Source: Girardia tigrina (lineage: Eukaryota). From it: 53,596 bases of DNA. The stretch spans positions 5,634 through 59,229 of the forward strand of contig MQRK01184077.1 in assembly GCA_001938485.1 (NCBI GenBank). The letters run 5' to 3'. Below are positions 1 to 13,195 of the stretch, piece after piece. Numbering within the stretch: position 1 is the first letter of the stretch; the number at the start of each line of letters is the position of its first letter. The notes under the pieces were generated by a model. The model ran no database searches. It was not told where the DNA came from and was given only the letters and a program-made list of their open reading frames with translations. Position numbers and translations under genes: made by a program.

Positions 1-32
<32 letters not shown>
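1..32. repeat. (TA)n microsatellite; others at about 6217-6266, 14463-14593, 29047-29080, 30090-30130, 39250-39298, 39698-39735, 40984-41014, 43636-43662, 52464-52495
   Basis: Directly visible dinucleotide runs, several adjacent to N gaps. Confidence 0.95.
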
Positions 33-35
<3 letters not shown>

Positions 36-830
36 TCTTGTGAACGCAAGTTTAATATTTTGAAAATATAATTTGATTAAAGCTTCTTTTATATAATTAT
101 TAAACATGTTTCGATGTTACATACATCATTATTAGCAATATTTGAAATTTATTATTTGAATATTTCAATTGTTTTAATTAAATAATATGATTTTAAAATG
201 TGTATTAATTTTAAATGGTAAAATTTGAAATGAATATTATAATTTATTAAAGTAATATTGGGTAATAATGGGAAAAATATTTTAATTCAAAATTTTAAGT
301 ATTGAAATAACCCTACATTGCCAATTCTGAATGTCAATTGATTGGTTGTAGTGTCTTATTAGTTAGGGATTCACAAAACTGTCGTTCGTAATGTGAATCG
401 AATCCATTTTGAAGAACAGAAAACTTATCTTTTGTAATGGATGATGTTCTATCATTACAACATAATCAATGGTCAAGAACCTTATTCGATCGACTCATTT
501 GGGAGTGCTCACTAATCCGGGTTTTGAGATGATGATTTTTCTCTCCAATGTACGAGTTTGACACCCGTGACAATTAAATTTATGTACCAGATTAGTTTGC
601 AATCCACAAACTGTTTTTGATTTATTTGAGAGGAAACTTTGAACTTTGGATGTGACAGAGACTACTTTGGCACTACTTATTGTTCTACTAATACTCTTCT
701 TAAAAGCTCTAAATTCTTCAGAATAAGGTATTTTAATGATTTGTTTGTATTCTTCAGTATTCTTCAAAAAAATTCGGATAACAACAAAAACTGAGCAACA
801 AAATGTTAAGTCATTGTCCAATTATAACTA
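33..830 (-). mobile_element. Penelope-like retroelement 3' remnant (degenerate GIY-YIG region, 3' pLTR with decayed hammerhead) abutting (TA)n
   Basis: Minus ORF 495-821 KIPYSEEF...NLVHKFNCHGC resembles the Penelope linker/GIY-YIG start, with ERQFCESL downstream. 60-140 is homologous to the hammerhead segment at 39616-39700. Confidence 0.7.
99..139 (-). ncRNA. Decayed minimal hammerhead ribozyme (core CUAAUAA instead of CUGAUGA)
   Basis: Minus: attg CTAATAA t gatgt atgta acatc GAAA catg TT taat; paralog of the intact copy at 39616. Confidence 0.6.
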
Positions 831-909
831 TTTGAATTTATTGTAATCATTCCTACAAATTTCAAATTTGACGATGTAATATTATATTATAAAGTAACGA
901 AAACAGTCA

Positions 910-976
910 ATTTTTTGCCGAGTTCGTGAATTTCGGCAATTACTAAAATTCGACAATTCTCAAATTCGGTATAACA
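910..976 (-). mobile_element. Isolated DNA-transposon-like terminus (TGTTATACCGAAT..., repeated CGAATT motifs; Ginger/MULE-like)
   Basis: Tandem ttcggcaat/ttcgacaat/ttcggtataaca motifs ending in ACA. Confidence 0.3.
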
Positions 977-1504
977 TATACAATATGTTAGTTACAAAAA
1001 ATAGGTGCGTTATATAACTTTTAACAATACCTTTTAACAAAAGAATGAAAAAATATTTTGTGAAATAATGAGTATTGAAAGTTTAGATAATTTTAATGTT
1101 GTTATTGTCATTTATCATTTATAAAGTGAATAATGATTGCACTAAAGGTATAATATATTATTTTTGTTGCATAGATAAATAGTATGGTTCATATTAACTT
1201 GCTTTATTTGTTTTGAATATATTGATTAATGAATACATTTTATTAATCATTAAAAATTGTATGACTTTTTGGTAACAGTGCCAGGACTTTTACCCAGAAA
1301 ATGTAAAAATCCTTTATTTATTTAAAATCAGAAAAAGAAAATAATTCAAACAAATATTAAAAAAACGAGATATATCAATTATTAGGGGTTCTTTTTGGTG
1401 AACTGTAAATTTTTGATATTTTTAAAGTAAAAATCATAATTATATTTGAGATAAATTAAAAAATAATATTTTACTAATTAAATTTTACTAATTAAATTTA
1501 CTAA

Positions 1505-3258
1505 TAAAATTTCTGGGACACATAATAAATGACTAAGGTATACAGACAGATCCAGAAAAGATTGCAGCGATAGAGAATTTCCAAATGCCGAAATGTATTA
1601 AGAATTTGAGAAGTTTTTTTTGGGAATTTGCAACAATTATAGAAGGTTTATTAAAGGATATGCCAAGAAAGCCAAAGTGTTAGAAGGAATGTGTGGTTTA
1701 AATAACGAAAATTTAATCTGGACGGATGCACGCGAAATAGCGTTTAAGGACATGAAGGAAGCTTTGATAACGGCACCAATACTGAGCTTCCCAGATTTCA
1801 AAAAACAATTTATTCTGGATACAGATGCCAGCTTTGATAGCATAGGGGCGGTACTGTCACAGATAAGTGATTCGGGGAAAGAGCAAGTAATATCACATAT
1901 GGATCACATTCAATGTCAGCACATGAAAAAGGTTATTGCATAACAAGGAAAGAACTTTTGGCAATTTTTTATTTTTGCCAGCATTTAAACCATTATCTGT
2001 ATGGGAAGAGATTTAAATTGAGAACGGATCATAAAGCTATAACGTTCATGTTTCATACAAAGAAACCCTTAACGCTCAATTCTAAACGTGGATGAATTAC
2101 TTAAGTAGTTTGGATATCGAAATAGAATATAGAAAGGGAGTGCTGCACGGCAACGCTGATATGTTATCAAGACAGAATTACGACACATGTACACAATGCA
2201 AAATGGCACACGAAGAAGCGAAAAAAGGAAAGAAAACAAGACGAGATTATTAGCAGTGACTACGAGGAGTCAAGCCAGAGCGGGTATGAAAGAATGGATA
2301 CCGAAAGAAAAAAGGAGCGATCTCTTTATACAAACACAGATTATTGTGCCATGCGGGAGCCGAAAAAGTATACGAATATCTGAGGAACAAGTATGACATG
2401 GAAGAAGAAAAGAAAACGGTAAAAGAGGTGGTAGGATCATGTATGAGTGTCAACGAACAAAGACAATAACCACAAAGACAAAGGAAGAAAACAAAAATAA
2501 CAACGTCAGAAATATTTGAGAAAGTTTATATAGACATCTGCGGACCATGGAATGAGACAGAAAGAAAAGAAAGATACATCTTGGGAATAATTGACCATTT
2601 CAGTAAATACGTGAGCTTGACAGCAATTAAAAGACAAGATGAAGAGACAATAGTACAAATGATAGTACAGAAATGGATATTAAAATTTGCAGCACCAAAA
2701 GAGATCCACATAGACTGCGGGAAATGTTTCGTAGCGAAAAAAGTAAAAGAAATTTTGAAAGCAAAAGGTATCGAATTGATTTTCTCTAGCCCATATCACC
2801 ATTACACAAATGGGATAATTGAAAGGCAGTTTCGGACAGTACGAGAATTCATACAGGCAAGTTTAAAAGAAAGAAATGCTACAAGTTGGGCAGACATCTT
2901 ATCGGAAGTGGAATTTGCTATAAATGCAACGAAACAAAAGACGATAGGGTGCAGTCCAGCAGAAGTCGTATTTGGGAAGAAAATAGATAGACAAAAGTGG
3001 TATGATAACAGCAAAATAAACCGGGAGGATACCAAAATAAGACTAAAAGAGAAAAACAAGTCAGAGGAAAATGTAACGCGAAGAATTTATAAGGTTGGCG
3101 AAAAGGTCTGGATACAAAAGGAAAATAGAACGAAAGGAGAAGATAGATTCTAGGGCCCTTAGGAAATTATAGAAAGTATTCACGAAAGAAGTTACAAGTT
3201 GAAAGACAAAAATGGTAGACAACTTATTCGAAATGTTGAGAAATTCAAAAATTTTTAA
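1505..3258 (+). pseudogene. Gypsy pol pseudogene (RT thumb, RNase H, integrase)
   Basis: ORFs 1620-1943, 1913-2095 and 2581-3153 carry Gypsy motifs, broken by frameshifts. Confidence 0.9.
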
Positions 3259-3270
3259 AACTAGGGGGGA

Positions 3271-3422
3271 TGTTAGGGTTCTTTTTGGTGAACTGTAAAT
3301 TTTTGATATTTTTAAATTAAAAATCATAATTATATTTGAGATAAATTAAAAAATATTTTTACTAATTAAAATGAAATAAAGTTTGCAAATAATGACTTTG
3401 GATTTTAATCACGAACCCAATA
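3271..3422 (+). repeat. 3' LTR (~150 bp)
   Basis: Follows the PPT; imperfect inverted ends TGTTAGGGTTC / GAACCCAATA; contains AATAAA; matches 1380-1482. Confidence 0.85.
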
Positions 3423-5635
3423 TCAATTATAAGAGGTTCTTGGAACATCGTCGAAATTATTACTATGAAATATTTCTGACATCAACTTTTATTATACTAC
3501 ACAAAAAATTTTTAAATCTAATATTTAAACAAACTTATTATTTTTTTTGAGAAACAATTTATTTTATAAATCTTAAACCGGTATAAATAAAAATACTTAT
3601 ACATATTCATATTTGCTTTTTTATTATTTCTATAATTACGATAACACTTTAAAATATTTAATCGTTTCGTTTAATTTTATTAATTTTTTTTAAATCGTTC
3701 CACATATAAAAATTTTAATTTGTACATATTTAATATAACCTTCTTTTAAAAATTTTCCATAGCAATTTTTATTCCTAACATCAATTTTTATTAAAAATAA
3801 AGATATATGGAGTTTATATTTAAAAAGAATCGAAAAAAGGTTATCGTTTTGGCTGTTTTTTTTCTTAGAAAATTAAACTTAATATATAAGTGTTACAAAA
3901 TATAAATCGAAGAATTATTTTTTTATTCTAAATAAATATAGAATTTTTCAGCACAAAAAGCATAAAAAATACGACAAATTCTAAATTAAATCCAGATTTA
4001 AAAATTTAAACGTAAATTAACCGTAATAGCGAATGTACACCGATCTCAATTTAATTGTAGAAATTGTTTTAGGCCGTAAACATTAAGCAGTTGATGGAAG
4101 CTAATGAGAATAATGGCGTGGATGTACTATCATATAGAGTTCAAGAACCAGTAGAATTATTTTTAAAGATAGGTTTTGACTATGGTGTTTGTTGATGGGA
4201 TGTGTTAAACCTAAGATTAGCAATGAACCTGAAGACTGATTCCTTTAAAAAGTCATGAGGCGGAGAATATGGTCGGGAAAATTTGAATGGTTGACCGGAA
4301 TATTAAGATTAATTACGTAAATTAATTAATTGTTTTTATAGCATTAGAAATTTTGATTGTAATTAAAATTAGTATTTTTAAAAATAAAATAAACGAAACT
4401 GCAAATTAAAATGAATCGCGAAAAGATCTACCTTTTGATAAAATCAATGACAACAATTTAATCTGAGAATAAAAAACATTCAATGAGAATTCTAAAATAA
4501 AATGTGAGAGCAATTATAAAGAAATAAAGAAAAATATATGAAAAAGAACAAGTAATTTGAATTTTTTATGATTTTAAAAATGTTTGTTATTAAAAATTTG
4601 AAGAGTGGTAACTTGTAGTAAGTTTGAAAAGTAATAAAAGTTGTAAAAATACGAATTGTTCTTCAATTATTTTTATGAACATTTTGATCTTTTCCTTTTA
4701 TGATATGTATGGTATTGAAAAAATATTTGGTATATTATTTTGGAGATTATTTGTATGTTGGAAAGTGCAGACTTGTTCTACTTTTCAATAAAAGGCTTCT
4801 GTGTAAATCTTTGAGAGAAGATTTTACAGTAAATATGATTATTTATTATTATTAAATAAACAGCCCTCATTAGGGCAAACAATTCTGGTTGGTTTTTAAA
4901 TCTAAATTATCTTTTTTTATTACATCTTTAACAACAAAAATTTCATAAAGTTATTCTTCGAAATATTTTTTTAAAATAAATGCAAAATGATTAAAATTCA
5001 ATTATTTTTAAAAATAACTCTTTTTTAATTAATTAAGATATTTAGTTATAACTATTTTATAACTTTTGATTTTAAATGTTTTTTTTCTTTTTTTTAGAGA
5101 TTATTTACAAAAATTAATTATTCAAAAATTTAAAGAATGAGCCCGTCCTTCACAAATTTAATATGTTCTTTTTTTTAAAAAAAATGTTTAGATTTAATTT
5201 CGACCAATTAGATTCTTTATAAATAATAATTTTTATTAACAGATTTTTATTTATTGGAAATAATTAGTTTGAACTCAGAAATATATTGATCAAGAGAGAT
5301 GTCAAATAGTGAATGCGCTTGTGATATTAATAAATGTTGTAAACCTCAAATTGATGTTGTTAATAAACATGAAGAATCATTCGAAAAAGAATTTTCAATA
5401 ATAAAAAAACGAATTTTTATTTTCAAGAAAAATGTATTAATATCACATTCAAATTAGATACAAAATTTCTGTTTTTAAAATTTCTAGAGGAAACATTTTA
5501 TTTAGATAACCAAACCAATATAATATAAATATTAATATGAATACAAGTATTTTTTTTAAATTTCAACAAAACCCTTTACTTTAATGTTATCATTTTATCT
5601 TATTAAAATTAATTTTATGTATTAAAAATTTTAAT

Positions 5636-6110
5636 TTCATGACATTCTCTTTTAAAAAATTTTTGATCTTCTCAACATTTCTCACCATCTGTTTTTTGTG
5701 TATGTTTTCTACCCTACAACTTATATCATGATTTCTTTCGATTATTGTGTATGGTCCTTAGTGATGGTCTTCACTTTTGTTCCTCTTTTCTTTCTTTACC
5801 AAAACTCTGTCACTAACTTGAAATATCCTTGTTTTTTCTTCACTTCGTCTTTTAGTGTCTTGTTAACTTTTGGTCGTATTTTCTCTCAAAGAGATGTTCT
5901 ACCTGTGTTATTTTGTCGATATATCATACTTCCAAGTATAACTTCTCTAAGGCTCCTGCCGATTGTCTTTCGTCTCTTTCTTTTCCTTAATAATGACCTG
6001 GGTGTATTTCTGTATTTTTCTGAATTGCCGTTCCACTATTCCATAGTTACGATGGTATTGGTTTGAGAAAATCATTTCTAAAATACATACTCTCGAATTT
6101 TTAGCCCAAA
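5636..6110 (-). mobile_element. Degenerate Gypsy integrase C-terminal remnant, related to the 1380-3422 family
   Basis: Minus strand reads YHRNYGIVERQFRK...KTIGRS...GPYTIIE...RNVEKIKNF, paralleling 2790-3258; purine tract then TG at 5644. Confidence 0.75.
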
Positions 6111-6212
6111 TAGGGTTAATTTGTGATGGAAGTAATATTGGAAGTTTATTTCATAAATAAAATATCTTTGAAAATTGTATATATGGATAGGAAATATCTA
6201 TTTCTTGTTAGA

Positions 6213-6268
<56 letters not shown>

Positions 6269-6699
6269 TTTAGAAAACCATAGAATCTATTCTTCTTTAT
6301 TCAAAAAACATCTTCTCATAAAAACTAAATGGCAAAAATTAATGAATAGTTATTACTAGCAACATCAATAAGGTTTTTCGAGCATTTATTAATATTACAA
6401 GTAGAATTGTTATTACAACAATTATTCAGACTAATTTCTCTATTCAACATCTTTTTTGATTAATATTTTTCTGGAGATTATCCTAATATATAAAAACAAA
6501 TGGTAAATATTTATAATATAAATAACTTTAAATCATAACTCTTATTGGTGGAAATAAAATTTAAACATTTAAAAAAAGTACCAATTAATATTTTAAATTA
6601 CACTAAAAAATTAAATATTAAATTTAAAACATTTGAAGTATTTTTCCTTTAAAATTAAATTATTTTTAAATACTTTAATTTTCAACTAGTAGGAATCAA

Positions 6700-6855
6700 A
6701 TAAAATAAAATGTACCAATCAGCCATCTGGGTAGGAGAGACACAATCCGAATCAACACACAACATGTAAAACTACAAACAATTCAGAACATTGCTTACAG
6801 CTAATAATTAAATTTTCTAACAAAATTGACTCACATTTGATTGCTCATAAATTAA
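6700..6855. repeat. Dispersed repeat copy 1 (core CCATCTGGGTRGGAGA); contains the sORF MYQSAIWVGETQSESTHNM* at 6710-6769 (+)
   Basis: Core recurs at ~8601 and ~10860; flanking similarity to 8585-8716. Confidence 0.6.
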
Positions 6856-8584
6856 TGAGTGTTTATTTGTGATAATTAGTTTGTTTAACCTATTTTGTTT
6901 TGTTAATATTTTATATCATTATTTACACAATGTAAAAATTATAGTATTTATTAATTGTTTTATTATTGTTTCATTTTATAAGATTTCATTTATGATAATT
7001 ATTTTAATTTTAAGATGAAGAACATTATTAGTTAATAATTCAACATTACTTTAATATTTAGGTTTCATGAATAGAATATACCATCCAAACATCGATGAAA
7101 TGTGAGTAAAGCCTAATGATGGTTATTTATATATAAGTGTAAAAATCATAATTTTTGTTTAAAAATGAATATTTATTAAGATTATTCGATTGTGTTGTTA
7201 CAAAAGTTTCGCCTGTTTCTTGTATGTTTTCATTAAAAACACTAATGGAACTTAAAGAAAATTTTCTAAGTAATTTTTTAAAATGTTTTTATTTTATTAG
7301 CAAACATTTATTTTATCCTAGGTTCGTGTACTTAAAATAGAAAATGTCTAATGCTAATTTTACTTTCTCATTTACACGAACTTAGGGTAATTGCATTTAA
7401 AAAGTAAATGTAAAATAATTTAATTTTAAAAATACTAATGCTTATTTTTTAATTTGTTGTTAATTTTTAAATTTAATAATTTTAGTAAAATGTTGCAAAG
7501 TTATTTCTATATCCCTGATTTAAATCTCAATTTTCTGGTGAACTTTTGAAATATAAACTACCACATTTTAGTTTATATTTTTCAAAAACAGTAAAGCACC
7601 GGTAAAGGAATCATTGAACATCTTCAACGTGTTTACTTCAAAGATTGATGTAAAACCAAATCTGGTGAAACTGAATTTTACCCATTAAAGAACGTTTCTT
7701 TGCCAATAAACAAAAATATTGCGAATGATTGTGTAAAACATATACGGTTCGCAATGAAAGGAACGATCAATGTTTCTTTATAATGACTGCTAAGAGCTTT
7801 TCCACCTATAAAAAGTATTTTTAACGTTATTATACTTTTAAATATTACATAACTATTTATTTATTTTTGAAAATGTTTAAACCATAGTTACATTTTTTTA
7901 ATTATTACTAATTACGAATTACTATTATCTTTTAAATACAAAAAATGGAAAAAAATTATTTCAGAAAAGTTTCGATACGACCTATAAATAAAATAATAGG
8001 GGTGATAATCTTATTTTCACATTTGACAACAAAATTTTACTCCAAGTTAATGTCACTAATATAAAACAGATCTATATGCAGAAAATATCTAATATCCTTT
8101 AATCAAAGTTTACTTTATTAAAATTTCACTTATATATAATTAAATATATAAGTATATATTAATATTATTAAGAACACCAACATGGGTTTTCGAACTTTTA
8201 TTTTCAATACAATCAGAATTGTCTTTTGGACAACTCTCAGCAAAACTCTCGTAATTCGACATCGTTCTAAATTGTTAACTTTTAGTTAATGCTTGTTAAT
8301 AAACAATTATTCGAAAAAAATTTTTTAATTATTTTCAGATTTTATTTTTAAAGTTCAAATTTTGTAATTTTAGTATTAATTTTATTTACATATTAATTTT
8401 ATTTAAAAATTATTTTATGGAAATAAAGAACATTTATTTAATTCAAAACTTAGTTAAAACTATTTATTTTATTTAAATTTTAATATGAAAATTTGAAATG
8501 ATTTAATATTTTTAATGTTTTTAAATATCTTATGCTGTACTTTAAAATGTAAATTATACTCGAATAATTATCTATCGTGAACAT

Positions 8585-8716
8585 CTAAAATATCAATTTT
8601 CCATCTGGGTGGGAGAAACTAATTTCCAAATACTAAACTCAACATACAAAATTCAACAAACCAATTTCAACATACCAAATTTAAAATATTCCTCACAAAT
8701 ATTATTACATAAATTA
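8585..8716. repeat. Dispersed repeat copy 2
   Basis: taaaatatcaattttccatctgggtgggagaaac, plus downstream caacat..aaa and ctcaca...cataaatta shared with copy 1. Confidence 0.6.
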
Positions 8717-9363
8717 TAATAATTATTTTTATCGATTTTCTGGGTTTAATAATTAACAATTGTAATTTAATTGGTCATTTCTGTACATATGAGACATTTA
8801 TCGAACGAACAAATTAATTTCAAAACATATTTAATACCGGAAAAGTGCGAGCTTGTTTCAACAAATGAAACCAAATTATCGAAATCCAGTTACAATGTCA
8901 ATTTAGATCTTAAATCTATGAAAAAAGATAGTTGTAAAAACTCATTCGGATTTATTTGTGTCGTTTTTCTCTCTTTCCCGTTTATATTCAAATTCCAATC
9001 TTATCCTCAATCTTCCCATCAAACGGATCAATTATCCTCCACATCAACTACAACGATCAAATCCTATTATCAAATTAACATTAATTCATAAAATTCTTCC
9101 TAAAGACCTTCTTTCTAGTTTGTAGTGATTCTAATTTACATCTTCATTTCGATCCGTCTGTTATCTACTGTTTATTATTTAATATTATTTATTTATATCA
9201 ATTTGATTTAATAATATTTTTTTATATTGACATCAAATAAAAGTGAGTTGATGTATTCTCACGAATACTAATAGTATATCAGCACACTTTTACAGTATAT
9301 ATACATATACCTGTTGTTTTATCCATTTTATTAAGAACACTAATTGGATTTTCAATACCTTTA

Positions 9364-10548
9364 CAGGGTGAGGCAGCTATTTGAGAACAAAATGACATAA
9401 AGTTCAAAAAATGAATATACAACAGAAAAATAACATTTATTACAATTTAAAATTTTACATATATTAACACGTACATAAAGNNNNNNNNNNNNNNNNNNNN
9501 NNNNNNNNNNNNNNNNNNNNNNNNNNNNNNNNNNNNNNNNNNNNNNNNNNNNNNNNNNNNNNNNNNNNNNNNNNNNNNNNNNNNNNNNNNNNNNNNNNNN
9601 NNNNNNNNNNNNNNNNNNNNNNNNNNNNNNNNNNNNNNNNNNNNNNNNNNNNNNNNNNNNNNNNNNNNNNNNNNNNNNNNNNNNNNNNNNNNNNNNNNNN
9701 NNNNNNNNNNNNNNNNNNNNNNNNNNNNNNNNNNNNNNNNNNNNNNNNNNNNNNNNNNNNNNNNNNNNNNNNNNNNNNNNNNNNNNNNNNNNNNNNNNNN
9801 NNNNNNNNNNNNNNNNNNNNNNNNNNNNNNNNNNNNNNNNNNNNNNNNNNNNNNNNNNNNNNNNNNNNNNNNNNNNNNNNNNNNNNNNNNNNNNNNNNNN
9901 NNNNNNNNNNNNNNNNNNNNNNNNNNNNNNNNNNNNNNNNNNNNNNNNNNNNNNNNNNNNNNNNNNNNNNNNNNNNNNNNNNNNNNNNNNNNNNNNNNNN
10001 NNNNNNNNNNNNNNNNNNNNNNNNNNNNNNNNNNNNNNNNNNNNNNNNNNNNNNNNNNNNNNNNNNNNNNNNNNNNNNNNNNNNNNNNNNNNNNNNNNNN
10101 NNNNNNNNNNNNNNNNNNNNNNNNNNNNNNNNNNNNNNNNNNNNNNNNNNNNNNNNNNNNNNNNNNNNNNNNNNNNNNNNNNNNNNNNNNNNNNNNNNNN
10201 NNNNNNNNNNNNNNNNNNNNNNNNNNNNNNNNNNNNNNNNNNNNNNNNNNNNNNNNNNNNNNNNNNNNNNNNNNNNNNNNNNNNNNNNNNNNNNNNNNNN
10301 NNNNNNNNNNNNNNNNNNNNNNNNNNNNNNNNNNNNNNNNNNNNNNNNNNNNNNNNNNNNNNNNNNNNNNNNNNNNNNNNNNNNNNNNNNNNNNNNNNNN
10401 NNNNNNNNNNNNNNNNNNNNNNNNNNNNNNNNNNNNNCGTAAGAGTAGCTTCTGCCATGTCTACCAGCAAAAATAAAATTATGTAATTATAACACACAAA
10501 AAGATATGGTGTCTATATTACGTGTTCTCAAATAGCTGCCGCACCCTG
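9364..10548. mobile_element. Tc1/mariner-superfamily element (interior lies in an N gap)
   Basis: TA-flanked TIRs CAGGGTGAGGCAGCTATTTGAGAACA / TGTTCTCAAATAGCTGCCGCACCCTG. Confidence 0.85.
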
Positions 10549-10844
10549 TATTGATATCACAATTTGAATTGCCACTAGGACAATTCTCTACAAAAATTTT
10601 GTAACTAGTCATCGTTCTTGATTGATTAATTTTTAATTCTATTTCTAAACGTCTTATTATTCAAACAAATTTAAATTACAATATAATTTACAATTCGATT
10701 ACAAAATAATTTATAACTTAAATTACAAAGTAATTTTAATTATTTAAAAAATATTTTAAATATTATTTATAATATATTAATTTAATTTTAAATTTTTTAT
10801 TTAAATTTTTAAATTGATTAAATAATCCGACATTTTAAAATATT

Positions 10845-10890
10845 TAAAATATCAATCTTCCATCTGGGTGGGAGAAGCTCAATCCTATAA
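10845..10890. repeat. Dispersed repeat copy 3
   Basis: taaaatatcaatcttccatctgggtgggagaagctcaatcc. Confidence 0.6.
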
Positions 10891-13099
10891 AAACATACTA
10901 TGAATACCGTTGAAAAATATTACATTTATTGTTCTCTCATGTGCTTTTAAAACTGTACGCTATTTTTGTGGGTATTTTACATGTGTACTTATGTTTGGTC
11001 GTCCATATAAAAATATTAATAAGAATATTTAGAGACACATATTGCAAAAACTGTCCATCCTTTCTGTAGAATTTCGGAACACAGTCGAAAAGTGGTTTCC
11101 AGTAATTTTACAGAACATTGAAAGATTTTAAACTCTTGTAAAGAGTACGTTATAAACTCTGTACATTCATTTTAGCTCTTATTCAAAGAGTGACATTTGA
11201 AGTTTTATATATTAAATAGTTAGATCCTAAATGACTCTCTCGATACCCTTTTAAAGTTTTTTCGGTGGCATAATTACTCAACAATTACAGTCATTGCTTG
11301 TCTATATAAACTAATTTAAGAGTAAAGATTTTTTGATAACCTGCATTTTTATCGTCAAAATCAATTCTTAATTATCATGTTTTAATAAAATTACGTAAAT
11401 TTAATAAAATTAAAATTTAATAAAATTTTATCACGTTTTTATTATTTAATTGTATTATCTTTTTTGTCTTTGTTTGTTCGGATAGAATTTTTCATCCATT
11501 TTGCCACTTTTTAGCACATTTAGAGTTCTGAAACTTTAAACAAACCTTTACAATGTAATATTTGAGCATTTATTTCTAGCTAAATTGAGTTTTTAATCAA
11601 ATTGTGATCAATTTAATTTTTTGTTTACAAAGTTTGTTTACAATATAAACTAGAAAGACGACGGTATTGTTTTGATTGTTTATATTGAGTTTTTCTCGAA
11701 AATTATTACAAAAAATTTTGGGAAATAAAAACATTTCACTCATACATGAATGACTGTAATGATATGCTTTTCACTAAACGATAAAAACGTGGTAATAAAG
11801 TCATTTTTATAATGTTATTACTTAGAGAGATTATTACTTAATTATTTCAATAACTACTTTTACAACGATACAAATTCTTAAAATGATTTAAATTTATAAT
11901 TTTAAATACTTATTTTTAATACTTATATATAAATTCTAAAAATATTATTTGACATTTTAAAACTTTTTGAGTGGCCACTAAATTAGCAATTAATATTATT
12001 TAAGTGTTTGTATAATAATCAATAAAAAAATTTTAAATAACAATATATTTTTAAAATACTTTAATATATAAACATTTTTATTAATATAATAATAATGACA
12101 CAAATATCGAAAAGCAGTTTAAAGTTACTTTTAGTAATTGTTATTATCTTTCAAGTTTTCTAGATATAATTTATTAAGAGACATAATTGTATATAGAAAT
12201 GTCTGATTCCTATTACATGTTTTGAAACAATCTTGTTTCATTTCTTTACCAGAATTTAAATTGTCATAAAATATCTAACTTTGAATTGGTTATTTATGTT
12301 GTGAGATACAAAATTTAATCTATACTAATGGTCCTTATCTGTCTGTTTATCATAAAAAAATATTGTTCAGGGTAGTTTTAAAAGGATTGAAAGTATATAT
12401 AAACAAACAATTTTTGTTGTGCTATTTTAATCATCTTGTCAATAAATATTTTTTGTATATCTTTAAGTTTTAAAATCTTTTAATTAAAATCAACATATAA
12501 CTTCATATGTTATCAATTAGTGGTGTCCAAGCAACGCAACTTTGCTAATCTATTGTTTTGACACTAAAATAAAAAATTACGCAGTTTCTAAAAATACGTT
12601 ATCAAATATTTATGACGTCAATTTTCAGTATTATTGCTTACTTAATTACAATACTTAATGACCAATTTCTATTATTTAATTTATGATGTACTGGAATCTT
12701 TATATTGTTTTAATTTTTATGATAAATTCTCTAATGTTTAGAAAACTTAATGATAGAGTTAGGTAAATACATTAATTCTATACATCATATGAACTTCATT
12801 AATAATCCATCATCTATTTCGAATAAAAATGTCTTTTGTCAGTAAAATATTTTCAAGTTTCATTACTTTTTTATGTTATTAAAACTAATTAAATTTATTA
12901 GATCTCAGTAATATATAATATTTTATGTATCTTTGAATATAACGAAATATTTCGACTTAAACAGGTCCGGTACAATTTGCTTGGATGTAATCAATCAACA
13001 CTGGTCACCTATTTCCGGTTAGAAAATGTTTCATAATTAAGATAATTCGTTATACTTTTAATGATATACAACATTTTTATTTGAGAATAATTTTATTAA

Positions 13100-13195
13100 C
13101 TCATTGGGTGTCACACTGTGACACTGTCACAGTAATTGCAAGAAAATATTAGTTTGATGCCAAGTACATTAATATATATTTAGACATTTAATGTG
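13100..13195. mobile_element. Possible tiny piggyBac-type MITE
   Basis: TTAA on both sides; imperfect TIRs CTCATTGGGTGTC / GACATTTAATGTG; internal near-palindrome ctgtgacactgtcacag. Confidence 0.4.

Larger units (their letters stand above)
1380..3422 (+). mobile_element. Gypsy LTR retrotransposon, internally deleted (5' LTR fused to RT C-terminus; RNase H; integrase; PPT; 3' LTR)
   Basis: Direct repeats 1380-1482 and 3271-3370; PPT ctagggggga then TGTTAGGG at 3271; probable TSD TCAAT (1375-1379 and 3423-3427); pol motifs FLGH, DTDAS, KELLA, TDHKA, NADMLSR, IIDHFSKY, SPYHHYTNGIIER; frameshifts and stops. Confidence 0.92.

Noticed and set aside
5698-6066. 122-aa hydrophobic + strand ORF
   Set aside because: Antisense shadow of the A-rich Gypsy integrase remnant on the minus strand
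6123-6359. ORFs with IYIYIY runs (also 14405-14623 and 39649-39846)
   Set aside because: Translated (TA)n microsatellites
7490-7810. Exon-like less-AT-rich islands (also 4050-4300, 18330-18920, 43200-43630, 50590-50790)
   Set aside because: Stops in the frames examined and no recognisable motif; cannot be supported without a search
9361-10497. Long ORFs full of X (also 17038-18003 and 39247-39642)
   Set aside because: Artefacts of N gaps
11651-11675. miR-71-like sequence GAAAGACGACGGTA
   Set aside because: 3' half mismatches and there is no precursor hairpin
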